A DNA stretch of 64,000 nucleotides from Dehalococcoidia bacterium (GTDB taxonomy: Bacteria; Chloroflexota; Dehalococcoidia; Lucifugimonadales; UBA1127), in NCBI GenBank assembly GCA_965116355.1, contig OZ220679.1, forward strand, positions 926,669 through 990,668, written 5' to 3'. Shown in pieces: positions 25,200 through 34,652 of the stretch (position 1 is the stretch's first letter; each line of letters starts with the position of its first letter). The translations under genes and the position numbers were made by a program. Under the pieces are notes generated by a model, which saw only the letters and a list, made by a program, of their open reading frames with translations, was not told the DNA's origin and did not search any database.

Positions 25200-25562
25200 A
25201 TGCCCAAGAATGAGCGTCAGATAAACAAGGCTGTCGAGACCTTCCTAAATAAGTACTATGATTCAATGAGTGCATTAGCTGATCTGCTTCTGCTGATTGA
25301 CGAGGCAGGTGAAGATGGTCCTCAACACATGGCCGTGACAAGTCCGCTTTGCATCGACTTCTGGCACCTGAATAGGGCTTTGGTCACTGCGCTTGTAACT
25401 CAGTGGGATACCAAAGACCATCAGGCTGTGGACAAATACTTGACTGAGGCGGTTGAGCAGGCTGTGGAAATGGCGGGCGCGTGCTTGACCTTAAGGTTTC
25501 ATAATCGACTTATCAACGGAGAGGCTGATGCGAGTTCATCGGAGCAGGATGCACAGACTTAG
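25200..25562 (+). CDS. Hypothetical protein
   Basis: Balanced, non-GC-skewed composition (MPKNERQINKAVETFLNKYYDSMSALADLLLLIDEAGEDG...). ATG follows GAGGAAA. Confidence 0.45.
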   Translation: MPKNERQINKAVETFLNKYYDSMSALADLLLLIDEAGEDGPQHMAVTSPLCIDFWHLNRALVTALVTQWDTKDHQAVDKYLTEAVEQAVEMAGACLTLRFHNRLINGEADASSSEQDAQT

Positions 25563-25677
25563 CGGAGGGTTCACGAAGTAGTCTGAATGACTTGGTAGAA
25601 CATGTCCGCCAATGTCTGGACATACAGACTTATGATCCCCGGGCGAGCCCTGTAGCAACTAGAGGGACTGCAGCAAA

Positions 25678-25885
25678 GCCGGAGAACTGGAGGACGATCT
25701 GGCGGCGGCAGTGCGCCGCTGCGTCCAGCGGGCCCAGGACCTCATCGACGACGGGGTGATTCCGCCCCAGGCGTGGAACTGGGCCATCTGCTCACAAATC
25801 CTGGAGAGCGACGAGGACTGGGCGGGTAAACGCGGACGCGGAGCTGTGATGCGCCCCCGTCTGCTACCTGAGTCCGCCTCAGCGC
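25678..25885 (+). pseudogene. 5'-truncated duplicate of the small gene at 26460..26687 plus its downstream flank
   Basis: AGELEDDLAAAVRRCVQRAQDLIDDGVIPPQAWNWAICSQILESDED parallels the C-terminus of the full copy. The stop codon is mutated (TAG to TGG). Nucleotide homology continues about 60 nt past the gene. Confidence 0.6.
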
Positions 25886-26002
25886 GTTGCCCAGAGCGCG
25901 CTGGGAAGGCGTGGCCCGCCGCACATCGGCCCACCTTACCGGATTCAAACCAGTCGTTTGAGCCGCTCTGGTATCCCCAGTCCAATGTCAAGGATTGTCC
26001 TT

Positions 26003-26096
26003 GTCATCGCCAATTCAGGCCCCCACGACGCTACCCACTTCCTGCGCAGGCGCCCGCCACCTGGCAGGGGCGCAATTTTACGCAGCTCCGAAACCG
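26003..26096. repeat. Copy C of the approximately 95-nt repeat family
   Basis: See 18206-18299. The stem halves CCTCCCA/TGGGAGG in copy B become GCCCC/GGGGC in copy C. Confidence 0.65.
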
Positions 26097-26410
26097 GCAG
26101 TTTTCGCGCAGGCGGGCTGTCCCGAAAACCCCCCGGCGGTCCGGCACTGCGCACACCTACGCCGGCGCACAGGTTGGCCGGCTGGCCCAAAAGGTGATGA
26201 TTCTGAGACAAGGATGACGACATGGCCGACAATGACGCCGGAAACCCGTCGCCAGCCGCACAGAACGGGGCAAGACGACCCTCCTAGGTCGTCACCCGTC
26301 AGCCACCCGTCCGAGGGCCGAAACGCACCGTCCTGCACGTCCAGGGCGGCGTTGCGCGCGTGGGGTGACGCTGGCGGGGGAACGAGGGCAAGATACCGGC
26401 AATCGACGGT

Positions 26411-26437
26411 TTCAAGATTATCGCCGATAATCTTGAA
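26411..26437. promoter_or_regulatory. Perfect palindrome TTCAAGATTATCG-C-CGATAATCTTGAA (candidate operator) just upstream of the small gene
   Basis: 13-bp arms and AT-rich in a GC-rich context. It ends 22 nt before the ATG at 26460 and is followed by AAGGAG. Confidence 0.5.
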
Positions 26438-26459
26438 AAGCCCCGGCAAGGAGACGGCC

Positions 26460-26687
26460 ATGTACTCGGACGAGGCATTGAAGGACAAGCGCCGGCAGTT
26501 TCTCCGGGAGTGCAAACCGAAGGCGTATCGGGCGCTGCGCGCCGCCGGGGAGCTGGAGGACGATCTGACAGCCGCAATGCGCCGCTGCGTCCAGCGGGCC
26601 GAGGACCTCATCGACGACGGGGTGATTCCGGCCCAGGCGTGGAGCTGGGCCATCCGCTCGCAAATCCTGGAGAGCGCCGAGGACTAG
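26460..26687 (+). CDS. Small conserved hypothetical protein (75 aa), possibly TnpV-like
   Basis: Strong RBS AAGGAG. MYSDEALKDKRRQFLRECKPKAYRALRAAGELEDDLTAAMRRCVQRAEDLIDDGVIPAQAWSWAIRSQILES. A partial paralog lies at 25678. Confidence 0.6.
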   Translation: MYSDEALKDKRRQFLRECKPKAYRALRAAGELEDDLTAAMRRCVQRAEDLIDDGVIPAQAWSWAIRSQILESAED

Positions 26688-26789
26688 GCGGATAGTCGCG
26701 GGCGCGGAGCGGCGGTCCGCCCCGGTCTGCTACCGGAGTCCGCCTCAGCGTGCCCAGGGCGGGCGTTGGCGGGGCCGGGCTGGTCTTCA

Positions 26790-26909
26790 CGTCCACCAGG
26801 GGCGCGGGAGAGGAGCCACGCCGGCGCGGTGCCAGCGTCCACCGGGGCGCGGCGCATCCAGGACGGGGGTTTCGCGGAGCTGGACGGCCCCACGTCCACC
26901 GGGGCGCGG
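26790..26909. repeat. Three direct copies of CGTCCACC(A/G)GGGCGCGG (iteron- or arm-site-like)
   Basis: Copies at 26790-26807, 26836-26852 and 26893-26909, with starts spaced 46 and 57 nt apart. Confidence 0.5.
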
Positions 26910-27351
26910 CGGAGGGCCGCCTCGGCGATGACCACAACACCCGTGCGCACGGAGACGGCGGGCGCCCGGTGTTCTCCAACGCCGGCCTGCCCGTAGGCCC
27001 CTCGCGCCCACGGAGACGATGACCACGGAGACGAAATCCTTGGCGGGCGCCGTCCGGCCCCACGCTGGCTGTCACCGCGCCATGCCATCCTATCCGCATG
27101 GCGTCCGCCATGGGCCCGCGCTGTCGTTCGCGACGACGGCGAGGGGCGCTGCCTCCAGTGTGGGCGGCCGCGCGGCGTTCATGGCGATCATGGTGACGCC
27201 GTGGGTGTGCGCATGGTGCGGCGGCGATGTGGTGCGCGTCATCGTGCACGGCAGCCTCGTCAACAAGCGGTTCTGCTCACGGCGGCACAGGGGGACTATC
27301 ATCACGCGCATCGCGACGGCCTGGGTGGTGAAGGTGGAAGAAGATGATGTT

Positions 27352-28810
27352 GTGGTCGTTAAGACCCCCCTATGTATATAGATCAGGGAAGCATGAACTC
27401 CACCCCGAAAACCGTTTCACTCCCCCCGCGTCTTCCACCGACAGCGGGGGGCATGATGCCGTCGCGCCGTCATGGGGCACAGGCAGGTGGCGGGTGGTGG
27501 TGGTGGTTGTCGTGGTCGTCAAAACCCCCCTATGTATATAGATCAGGGGAGAATGAACTCCACCCCGAAAATCCCTCACGCCCGCCCTGCCGAAGGCGTC
27601 GCCGTATGGGAAGAGTGGTCTAGACCAGGGAGCAGGTGGCCAGGAGGCGGCACACCTGAGCGGGGAGGGTCCGGCCGTGCGTCACGTTCCTCCGGAGCGC
27701 CGCACGTGGACGCCCACCGCCCCACCATGTTCCTCCCAACACTGCCGCTGTCGCCAATGCGGGCAGACCAGCCGTCTGCCGCACCCCGTGGCGCCATGCC
27801 GGCGCATTGGGGACGCGGACCCGTGCTTCCTACCGGGGCTCAGGCATGTGCGGCAATCCGGAGCGCCGCCCGGCCTGCGGTCGCAAAGGGCCACAGGACC
27901 CGGAGCCGATGCCCAACGGGCCACGCAGACCTGAAGCACCGCGGCGACCGTTGGCCTGCGAAGTGCGTGGGCAAGTGGTCTTTTTGGCGGATCTGCCGCC
28001 CGAGGACAGCGCCCACCACGAGGACGCCGGCCAGGGGCATGATGCCGTCGCGCCGTCAGGGGGCACAGGCAGGTGGCGGGTGGTGGTGGTGGACGACGTC
28101 GTGGTCGTTAAAACCCCCCTATGTATATAGATCAGCGAAGAATGAACTCCACCCCGAAAATCCCTCACGCTCGCCCTGCCGAAGGCGTCGCCGTATGGGA
28201 AGAGTGGTCTAGACCAGGGAGCAGATGGCCAGGAGGCGGCACACCTGCGCGGGGAGGGTCCGGCCGTGCGTCACGTTCCTCCAGAGCACCGCACGTAGAC
28301 GCCCACCGCCCCACCATGTCCCTCCCAACACTGCCGCTGTCGCCAATGCGGGCAGCCCACGCCGTTTGCCGCACCCCGTGCCTCCTGCCGGGGCTCAGGC
28401 ATGTGCGGCAATCCGGAGCGCCGTCAGGCCTGCGGTCGCGAAGGGCCACAGGACCCGTAGCCGATGCCCAACGGCCCCGGAGACCTGAAGCACCGCGGCG
28501 ACCGTTGGCCTGCGAAGTGCGTGTGCAAGTGGTCTTTTTGGCGGATCTGCCGCCCGAGCACAGCGCCGTCCACGAGGACGCCGGCGAGGGGCATGATGCC
28601 GTCGCGCCGTCAGGGGGCACGCGCATCGTGACGGCCTGGGTGGTGAAAGCAGAAGAAGATGATGTTGTGGTCGTTAAAACCCCCCTATGTATATAGATCA
28701 GGGAAGAATGAACTCCACCCCGAAAATCCCTCACGCCCGCCCTGCCGAAGGCGTCGCCATATGGGAAGAGTGGTCTAGACCAAGGAGCAGATGGCCAGGT
28801 GGCGGCACAC
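27352..28810. repeat. Tandem array of long repeats, each headed by the 35-nt core GTGGTCGTYAARACCCCCCTATGTATATAGATCAG
   Basis: Cores at 27352, 27512, 28101 and 28667. Units are 27387-27546 (160 nt, an internally deleted form), 27547-28135 (589 nt) and 28136-28701 (566 nt), plus a partial fourth unit fading out near 28810. Units 2 and 3 align end to end with scattered substitutions and indels. Confidence 0.85.
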
Positions 28811-29346
28811 AGCCGCGCACGGCGCCGGGATGGGCGTCCCGCCACTGGTGATGTCGCCGAGGCGCACGCACCCCGTGCAGTCTGTCGTTCTACGACGCAT
28901 CGCAACCCAGCGTGGCGGGCGCGGCCTCTTGCCAAGGCCCAGGCACGCGGGGCAGGCTGGAGCGCCGCAAGGCTTGCCGCCGAACGTCCCCACAGGTCCC
29001 GTCGCCAATGCGCAGCGAACCATGCCGAGCGAAGTTTCGTGGCGAGGGCTGGACCGGCGGACCATCTCGCTGACGGAGCCTCTTCGCGACCTGGGGACCA
29101 TCCGGGTGCCGGTGCGCCGCGGGGAGCGGTCGCGGACACCCAGCCGGCAATCCCTCGAAGCTCCAAGCCTAGCTCGACCGTATGGGCGATGACCACAACG
29201 CTCCGAACGGGAAGGCTGCCCAACCCGCTTGACGTCTCTTCTGATTCCCCTCCGCACCAAAGCCACTCCCTGGCACCTTCCCCCTTGCGGCCGGCAAAGG
29301 CCCACGCGTACCCTACACTTAGCTGTGCTCAGGGTGGAACTCGCAG

Positions 29347-30264
29347 ATGAGATTGCTTCCCACGCATCGCACCCAGCTCGACCCCAACATCCAATGGCTG
29401 CTGGCGACGCACCTGGACATCCTCGAGGAAGTCGCTCGCGAACCCCGGGGCGCTGGCACTGGCGACCCCAGCCCGCAAGTGGCGAACCGGCGCATAGGCG
29501 TCGCCCTGGTTCGTCAGGACTGGGAGGCCGAGGAAGCGGCCATTGATGATTTCCTGCGTGGGCAATTCCGGGCGTGGTTGCGAGACTTTCCCGAAGGGCC
29601 ACTCTTCACCCGTCTCCTGGAGCGCGCGGCCCGTTGGCGGTCGCGGTCGGGCACCCGCGACCGCGACCGCAGCCGCCGGCCCACCCACCCCGAGGGTCTC
29701 CGGATCGCCAGGGCCCTGCTGGAGGGCGTCACGCCGCCGGGTCCGTTGGACACCGAAGGAGAAGCCGCGACCCTGGCCGCAATGCTGGCGGGCTACGAGG
29801 GGCTCACCTATGCCTTTCCCCCTCGCGCCCGATGGCGCGAGTACGTCAGGTTGTCCCGAAGGAGCCGCGTCCACTTCGACGCCCTCGGTGACCTCATTGC
29901 GGAATGGGAGCGGCAGGGGAGACCAATCCCCCGAGGGCTGGCCCGGTGGCGACAGAAGGTCGCCGAGGGTCGCCGCCGGCGTCCCGACTCGCCACCCATC
30001 CCGCGCCACCGCCCCGCAAACCCCGCCCAGATGGCCTATGAGATGGAGGTGCAGGGCACCATCGAGATCCTCCACCGGCTTCGCGTGCCGCCTAGGGGAA
30101 CATTCCTCTCCGGCTGCCGCATGGTGGCCGAGGCGTTGGACATCCCGGAAGACACGGTCGTGCGCATCTGGAAGAAGTGCCCGTGGAGGACGTCCTTCCT
30201 GCCGACGATGGGGAAGTACTCCAGGGCGATCGCCATTCGCCACGGCCTTTATCCCCCCAACTGA
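29347..30264 (+). CDS. Hypothetical island protein with a possible C-terminal HTH
   Basis: Diverse residue usage (QWLLATHLDILEEV, FLRGQFRAWLRDFPEGPLFTRLLE), unlike the Arg/Gly/Pro-rich antisense ORF 29329..30414. GCRMVAEALDIPEDTVVRIWKK is HTH-like. Confidence 0.5.
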   Translation: MRLLPTHRTQLDPNIQWLLATHLDILEEVAREPRGAGTGDPSPQVANRRIGVALVRQDWEAEEAAIDDFLRGQFRAWLRDFPEGPLFTRLLERAARWRSRSGTRDRDRSRRPTHPEGLRIARALLEGVTPPGPLDTEGEAATLAAMLAGYEGLTYAFPPRARWREYVRLSRRSRVHFDALGDLIAEWERQGRPIPRGLARWRQKVAEGRRRRPDSPPIPRHRPANPAQMAYEMEVQGTIEILHRLRVPPRGTFLSGCRMVAEALDIPEDTVVRIWKKCPWRTSFLPTMGKYSRAIAIRHGLYPPN

Positions 30265-30527
30265 GGTCCGCATCCGCCACGCCTTGGGGCTTCCACGTCC
30301 ACCCTCGTGCGGCGACCACCCCGCGCCGGTCCGATTCCCGCTCCGCATTTCATGGCAGGTGGGCTGGTAGGTGCCTGGGGGCCCACCCGGCTGGCCGGCC
30401 GCGCCGAATGCCACGCCCCCACAGCGCCTCGGCAGGATTCATGAGTTAATGACCCACTCTGGTCTCGTTCACCCTTCTATCCTCCCCTCAAGGACGCCAT
30501 CCGAAGGCATGGCAGGAGGAGGGGGCA

Positions 30528-30737
30528 ATGGAGGACAGACTACTGCGGCGTCGGCAGGTGGAGGAGATCACGGGATTGGCGCGCTCGACGATTTATCGGC
30601 TCATGGAACAGGGCGCCTTCCCGCGGCCCGTCCGGGTTGGCCCCAGCGCCGTCCGCTGGCGGGAGAGCGACATCACCCAGTGGATGGCGTCACGGCCGAC
30701 CGCCGGCGGCGAGCGGGACCACCCCGATTGGGCCTAG
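30528..30737 (+). CDS. alpA: AlpA-family excisionase / transcriptional regulator
   Basis: LLRRRQVEEITGLARSTIYRLMEQGAFPRPVRVGPSAVRWRESDITQW is the classic AlpA/Xis-type wHTH pattern. Adjacent to the integrase. Confidence 0.85.
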   Translation: MEDRLLRRRQVEEITGLARSTIYRLMEQGAFPRPVRVGPSAVRWRESDITQWMASRPTAGGERDHPDWA

Positions 30738-30742
30738 GTGAT

Positions 30743-31984
30743 CTAATTGTGACCGGAACCCGCAAGCACAGGCTGTACCACCTCGACCTGCGGTGCGCCT
30801 GCCACATAGTCGCCCCACTGCTGCATCAGCGTGCGGCGCCGGTCGAGGAGGTCCGACCGGGCGTAGGCCTGCTCCGTCCCATTGCCCAGGACGTGGGCCA
30901 GCGCCGCCTCCGAGACCGCCCAGGGCGTGTCCGTCTGCTCCAGCGACCAGTTCTTGAAGCTGCTCCGGAACCCGTGGACCGTGGCCCGGTCCGCCAGACC
31001 GACGGCGCGGAGGATCTTGGTCAGCGTCATGTCCGACAGCTCAGCCCCGGCCTTCAGCGGCGACGGGAACACCAACCCGCTGTCGTCCCGCAGGACCTCC
31101 GCCTCGCGGAGCACAGCGAGGGCCTGCCCGCCCAGGGGGACCCGATGCTCCATCCCCGCCTTCATCCGCCGGGCCGGTATCCGCCATTCCTCTCTCACGA
31201 GGTCGATCTCCTCCCAGGTGGCGCCCCGGGCCTCGCCGGAGCGGGCCGCCGTCAGCACCACAAACCGGAAGCACAGCCTGGCGGCGAGGGAGGCTTGGGA
31301 CGACGCCACCGTCTCCAGCGCCGCTCCGACGTCCCGATAGGGGAGGGTCCGGTGGTGGGCCTTCACCTTCGGCATCGGCGCCAGCGCCCCGTCAATGGCC
31401 TCTCCCGCCGGGTTGCTCTCCATGAAGCCGTGGGCCATCGCCCACCGAAAGACCGTCCGCATCCGCTGGCGCACCCGCCGCGCCGTCTCGGGACGAATCG
31501 TCCATATCGGCGTCAGCACCCGCAGCACTGCCCCCCGGTCGATCCGGTCCAGGGTCATGGAGCCGATCACCGGCATGGCGTGCCGCTCCAGGGTCTGCAG
31601 CCAGCTCGCCGCGTGCCGGGCGTTCCGCCACCGGGGGGTGTTGGCGGCATGCACCGCCTGGGCGGCCTCCCGGAACGTCGGCATCGCCGGCTCGCGCCTC
31701 TCGGCCAGGGGGTCCCGACCCTCCGCCACGGCGGCCCGGTTCTCCGCCGCCTTCACCCGCGCCTGCGCCAGGCTGACCGACGGGTAGCTCCCCAGCCCGA
31801 TGTCCCGCCGGCGTCCGTCGACGGTGATGCGCTGGACCCAGGACCGGCTCCCCGCCTTGCTGATGTAGAGGTGCAGGCCCCCGCCGTCGGCGTACCGTCC
31901 CGGGGTCTTGAGGGCGTTCGCCCGCGTTGCCGAGAGTGCCATGGTTCCCCCTCCGTGCCGGTTTGTTCCCACATATTTTACCAC
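30743..31984 (-). CDS. int: P4-type tyrosine integrase
   Basis: N-terminal DUF4102-like arm-binding region (GRYADGGGLHLYISKAGSRSWVQRITVDGRRRDIGLGSYPSVSLAQAR). C-terminal HGFRSSFKNW...ALAH...AYARSDLL. Immediately downstream of the tRNA 3' end. Confidence 0.9.
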   Translation of the reverse strand: MVKYVGTNRHGGGTMALSATRANALKTPGRYADGGGLHLYISKAGSRSWVQRITVDGRRRDIGLGSYPSVSLAQARVKAAENRAAVAEGRDPLAERREPAMPTFREAAQAVHAANTPRWRNARHAASWLQTLERHAMPVIGSMTLDRIDRGAVLRVLTPIWTIRPETARRVRQRMRTVFRWAMAHGFMESNPAGEAIDGALAPMPKVKAHHRTLPYRDVGAALETVASSQASLAARLCFRFVVLTAARSGEARGATWEEIDLVREEWRIPARRMKAGMEHRVPLGGQALAVLREAEVLRDDSGLVFPSPLKAGAELSDMTLTKILRAVGLADRATVHGFRSSFKNWSLEQTDTPWAVSEAALAHVLGNGTEQAYARSDLLDRRRTLMQQWGDYVAGAPQVEVVQPVLAGSGHN

Positions 31985-32098
31985 ACTTGCGTCGGGAACT
32001 CACGGGAGCCGGAGAGCACCAATGGGCATAGATTCTCCAGTTGTAAATACAAATTCGGGGATATATGGGGCAAGTTGGGATGGACGCGGAGGGCTGGA

Positions 32099-32174
32099 TG
32101 GTGGAGATAGGGGGATTCGAACCCCCGACCCCTTGCATGCCATGCAAGTGCTCTTCCAGCTGAGCTATATCCCC
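32099..32174 (-). tRNA. tRNA-Ala (anticodon GGC), CCA encoded
   Basis: The reverse complement folds as a cloverleaf: GGGGATA-TA-GCTC-AGCTGGAA-GAGC-A-CTTGC-ATGGCAT-GCAAG-GGGTC-GGGGG-TTCGAAT-CCCCC-TATCTCC-A-CCA. The G3:U70 alanine identity pair is present. Confidence 0.9.
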
Positions 32175-32400
32175 ACAGACACAAGAGGAAAGAGGTTTCA
32201 CTATAGCAAAGGCCGCTTTTGCGCACAAGTTGACCCGTACCCTACTACCCTTTCGCTTGCGCGTGGGGTTATACTGTGCCCATTGACAACGTACCCCGGT
32301 GCGGATAGCGCATCGTCCCAACGAACACCCCCTGCCGCCGCCAGGGGTCGAACTTATATCTGCCAGAGTGTCCAGGGGGACCCTGGGGAATGGGCAGACC

Positions 32401-33924
32401 ATGCAGATACCGGTAACGGAAGACACTCGCAAGCAGGAACTCTTCTCCCTCTGTGCCTCCCTCCTTGAGCGCCGTCCCCTCATCGTCGCCAGCAACCGCG
32501 GCCCGCTCGAGTTCCACATCAGCCCCGAGGGCAAGCTGCAGCCGCGCCGAGGCTCCGGCGCCGTCGTCACCGCCCTTAACAGCCTCATCCAGCACTTCGA
32601 GTTCAGCTGGGTCGCCAACGCCATGGGCGAGGGCGATCGGCGCGCGCAGCAGGCCGCCGAGTCCTCCAACATCCCGTCGCCGCTGCCCAACCAGAAGGTG
32701 TCGGCCCGCTACGTCATCACGCCACGCCGCGCCTACCACAAGTTCTACAACGTCTTCTGCAACCCCCTCCTCTGGTTCCTCCAGCACTCCATGTGGAGCC
32801 CGGCCTACACACCCAACCTGGACTCTACCGTCCACGACACCTGGGCCACCGGCTACACCCCTGTCAACCAGGCCTTCGCCGACGCCATCGTCGCCGAGGC
32901 CGCCGAGGGCGCCCCGCCCGTCATCATGCTGCACGACTACCACCTCTACCTCACCCCCGGCATGGTGCGAAAGGAGATCCCGGAGGCCGTCATCTCCCAC
33001 TACCTGCACATCCCGTGGCCGTCGCTCCGCACGTGGCAGCTCCTCCCCGCCTACATCCGAACCGCCATCTGCGAGAGCCTCTGCGCCTGCGACGTCGTCG
33101 GCTTCCAGTCCCGCTGGGACGCGCGCAGCTTCCTCGAGTGCTGCGAGGCCTTCATCCCCGGCTCCGTCGTGGACTACGCGCAGGGCACCGTCGAGGCCGA
33201 CGGCCGCTGCACCCTGGTGCGCGCCTACCCCATGTCCATCGCCGTCGACGAGGTCCGCGCCATCGCCGAGTCCCAGCGTGCGACGGAGTTCCACGCCAAG
33301 GTCTCGGAGTACACCGCTGAGCACACCATCGTCCGGGTGGACCGCGCGGAGCCCAACAAGAACATCATCCGCGGCTTTCGCGCCTATCAGACCATGCTGG
33401 AGACCCACCCGGACCTGCGGGAAGAGGTCACCTTCCTCGCCTTCCTCGTGCCCTCCCGCACGCACACCAAGCAGTACGAGCGCTACATGGAGGAGATCGA
33501 GGCCCTCGTACGCCAGATCAACAACTACCACGGCAGCCCCAACTGGCAGCCCATCCACGTCTTCACGGAGAACAACTACACCCAGGCCATCGCCGGCCTC
33601 CGGCTGTACGACACCCTCCTCGTCAACCCCGTCGTCGACGGCATGAACCCCGTCGCCAAGGAGGGCCCCGTCGTCAACAATCGCCACGGCGTCCTCGTGC
33701 TCTCCGAGGGCTCCAGCGCCTACGAGCAGCTCCGCGACGGCGTCATCGCCATCTCCCCCGCCGACATCGAGGGCACCGCCGAGGCCCTCTACCAGTCCGT
33801 CACCATGCCCGCCGAGGAACGCCTCCGCCGCGCCGAGTCCCTGGTCGCGTCCATTGAGCGTGAGGACTCCGTCCACTGGCTCCTCTCGCAGCTCCGCGAC
33901 ATAGACGCCCTCACGCAGTCATAG
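32401..33924 (+). CDS. otsA: GT20-family glycosyltransferase, trehalose-6-phosphate synthase-like
   Basis: LIVASNRGPLEF, NPLLWFLQH, IMLHDYHLYL, HIPWPS, VGFQS and NPVVDGMNPVAKE are typical OtsA blocks. ATG 32401 chosen as start. Confidence 0.8.
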   Translation: MQIPVTEDTRKQELFSLCASLLERRPLIVASNRGPLEFHISPEGKLQPRRGSGAVVTALNSLIQHFEFSWVANAMGEGDRRAQQAAESSNIPSPLPNQKVSARYVITPRRAYHKFYNVFCNPLLWFLQHSMWSPAYTPNLDSTVHDTWATGYTPVNQAFADAIVAEAAEGAPPVIMLHDYHLYLTPGMVRKEIPEAVISHYLHIPWPSLRTWQLLPAYIRTAICESLCACDVVGFQSRWDARSFLECCEAFIPGSVVDYAQGTVEADGRCTLVRAYPMSIAVDEVRAIAESQRATEFHAKVSEYTAEHTIVRVDRAEPNKNIIRGFRAYQTMLETHPDLREEVTFLAFLVPSRTHTKQYERYMEEIEALVRQINNYHGSPNWQPIHVFTENNYTQAIAGLRLYDTLLVNPVVDGMNPVAKEGPVVNNRHGVLVLSEGSSAYEQLRDGVIAISPADIEGTAEALYQSVTMPAEERLRRAESLVASIEREDSVHWLLSQLRDIDALTQS

Positions 33925-34049
33925 CCTCCGGATTGCTTGCACAGGCCCCCCGTCTGGTTTAGACTACGCCCGTCCTGGCGTTGATTGCCGTCGAGTGCTA
34001 TTGCTATGCGCCGGCCTTCGCCAAAGGAAACAGTCCAGAGGAGGAAACC

Positions 34050-34631
34050 GTGAAGCACGAGCTGCCCGATCTGCCATACGCAATGAATGCCCTGGCCCCC
34101 CACATTTCCAACGAGACCCTGGAGTTTCACTACGGCAAGCACCACCAGGCCTACGTCAACAACCTGAACAACCTCATCCCCGGCACGGAGTTTGAGGAGT
34201 CCTCCCTTGAGGACATCATCGTCAAGGCTCCCGCCGGCACCATCTTCAACAACGCCGCGCAGGTCTGGAACCACACCTGCTACTGGAACAGCATGAGCCC
34301 CCAGGGCGGCGGCGACCCCTCCGGCGCCGTGGCCGAGGCCATCAACGCCTCCTTCGAGTCCTTTGAGGAGTTCAAGAAGCAGTTCACCCAGCGCGCCGCC
34401 ACCAACTTCGGCTCCGGCTGGACCTGGCTCGTCAAGAACGCCGACGGCTCCCTCGCCATCGAGAACACCAGCAACGCCGGCAACCCCATGACCAACGGCC
34501 AGACCCCCATCATCACCTGCGACGTCTGGGAGCACGCCTACTACATCGACTACCGCAACGTCCGCGCCGAGTACCTCGAGGCGTGGTGGCGCCTGGTCAA
34601 CTGGGAGGCCGTCGCCAAGGGCATCGCCTAA
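34050..34631 (+). CDS. sodA: Fe/Mn superoxide dismutase
   Basis: LPDLPYAMNALAPHISNETLEFHYGKHHQAYVNNLN and DVWEHAYYIDYRN. GTG 34050 follows GGAGGA. Metal specificity is not resolved. Confidence 0.9.
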   Translation: MKHELPDLPYAMNALAPHISNETLEFHYGKHHQAYVNNLNNLIPGTEFEESSLEDIIVKAPAGTIFNNAAQVWNHTCYWNSMSPQGGGDPSGAVAEAINASFESFEEFKKQFTQRAATNFGSGWTWLVKNADGSLAIENTSNAGNPMTNGQTPIITCDVWEHAYYIDYRNVRAEYLEAWWRLVNWEAVAKGIA

Positions 34632-34652
34632 CCCCACCCCACACGACACACG

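Larger units (their letters stand above)
1..32098. mobile_element. Composite tRNA-Ala-associated genomic island(s); right end at the tRNA 3' end, left end not found in the window
   Basis: The integrase and AlpA abut the tRNA. A second decayed AlpA lies at 12.8 kb. The region carries defence genes, TA modules and repeat families, with AT-richer patches (1-12.3 kb, 23.9-25.6 kb). Housekeeping genes start right after the tRNA. Confidence 0.45.

Noticed and set aside
27019-28696. Plus-strand ORFs that all end in (D/V)VVVVKTPLCI* (19275..19631, 27019..27381, 27344..27541, 27807..28130, 28121..28696). I considered them as a family of peptide (RiPP-like) precursors. The 27181-27381 part also carries a CxxC...FCSxxH zinc-ribbon-like motif.
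   Set aside because: The shared C-terminus is simply the translation of the 35-nt DNA core, and conservation continues past the stop codon. Upstream parts are frame-shifted relative to each other and compositionally non-protein-like. The zinc-ribbon-like ORF remains a weak possibility only.
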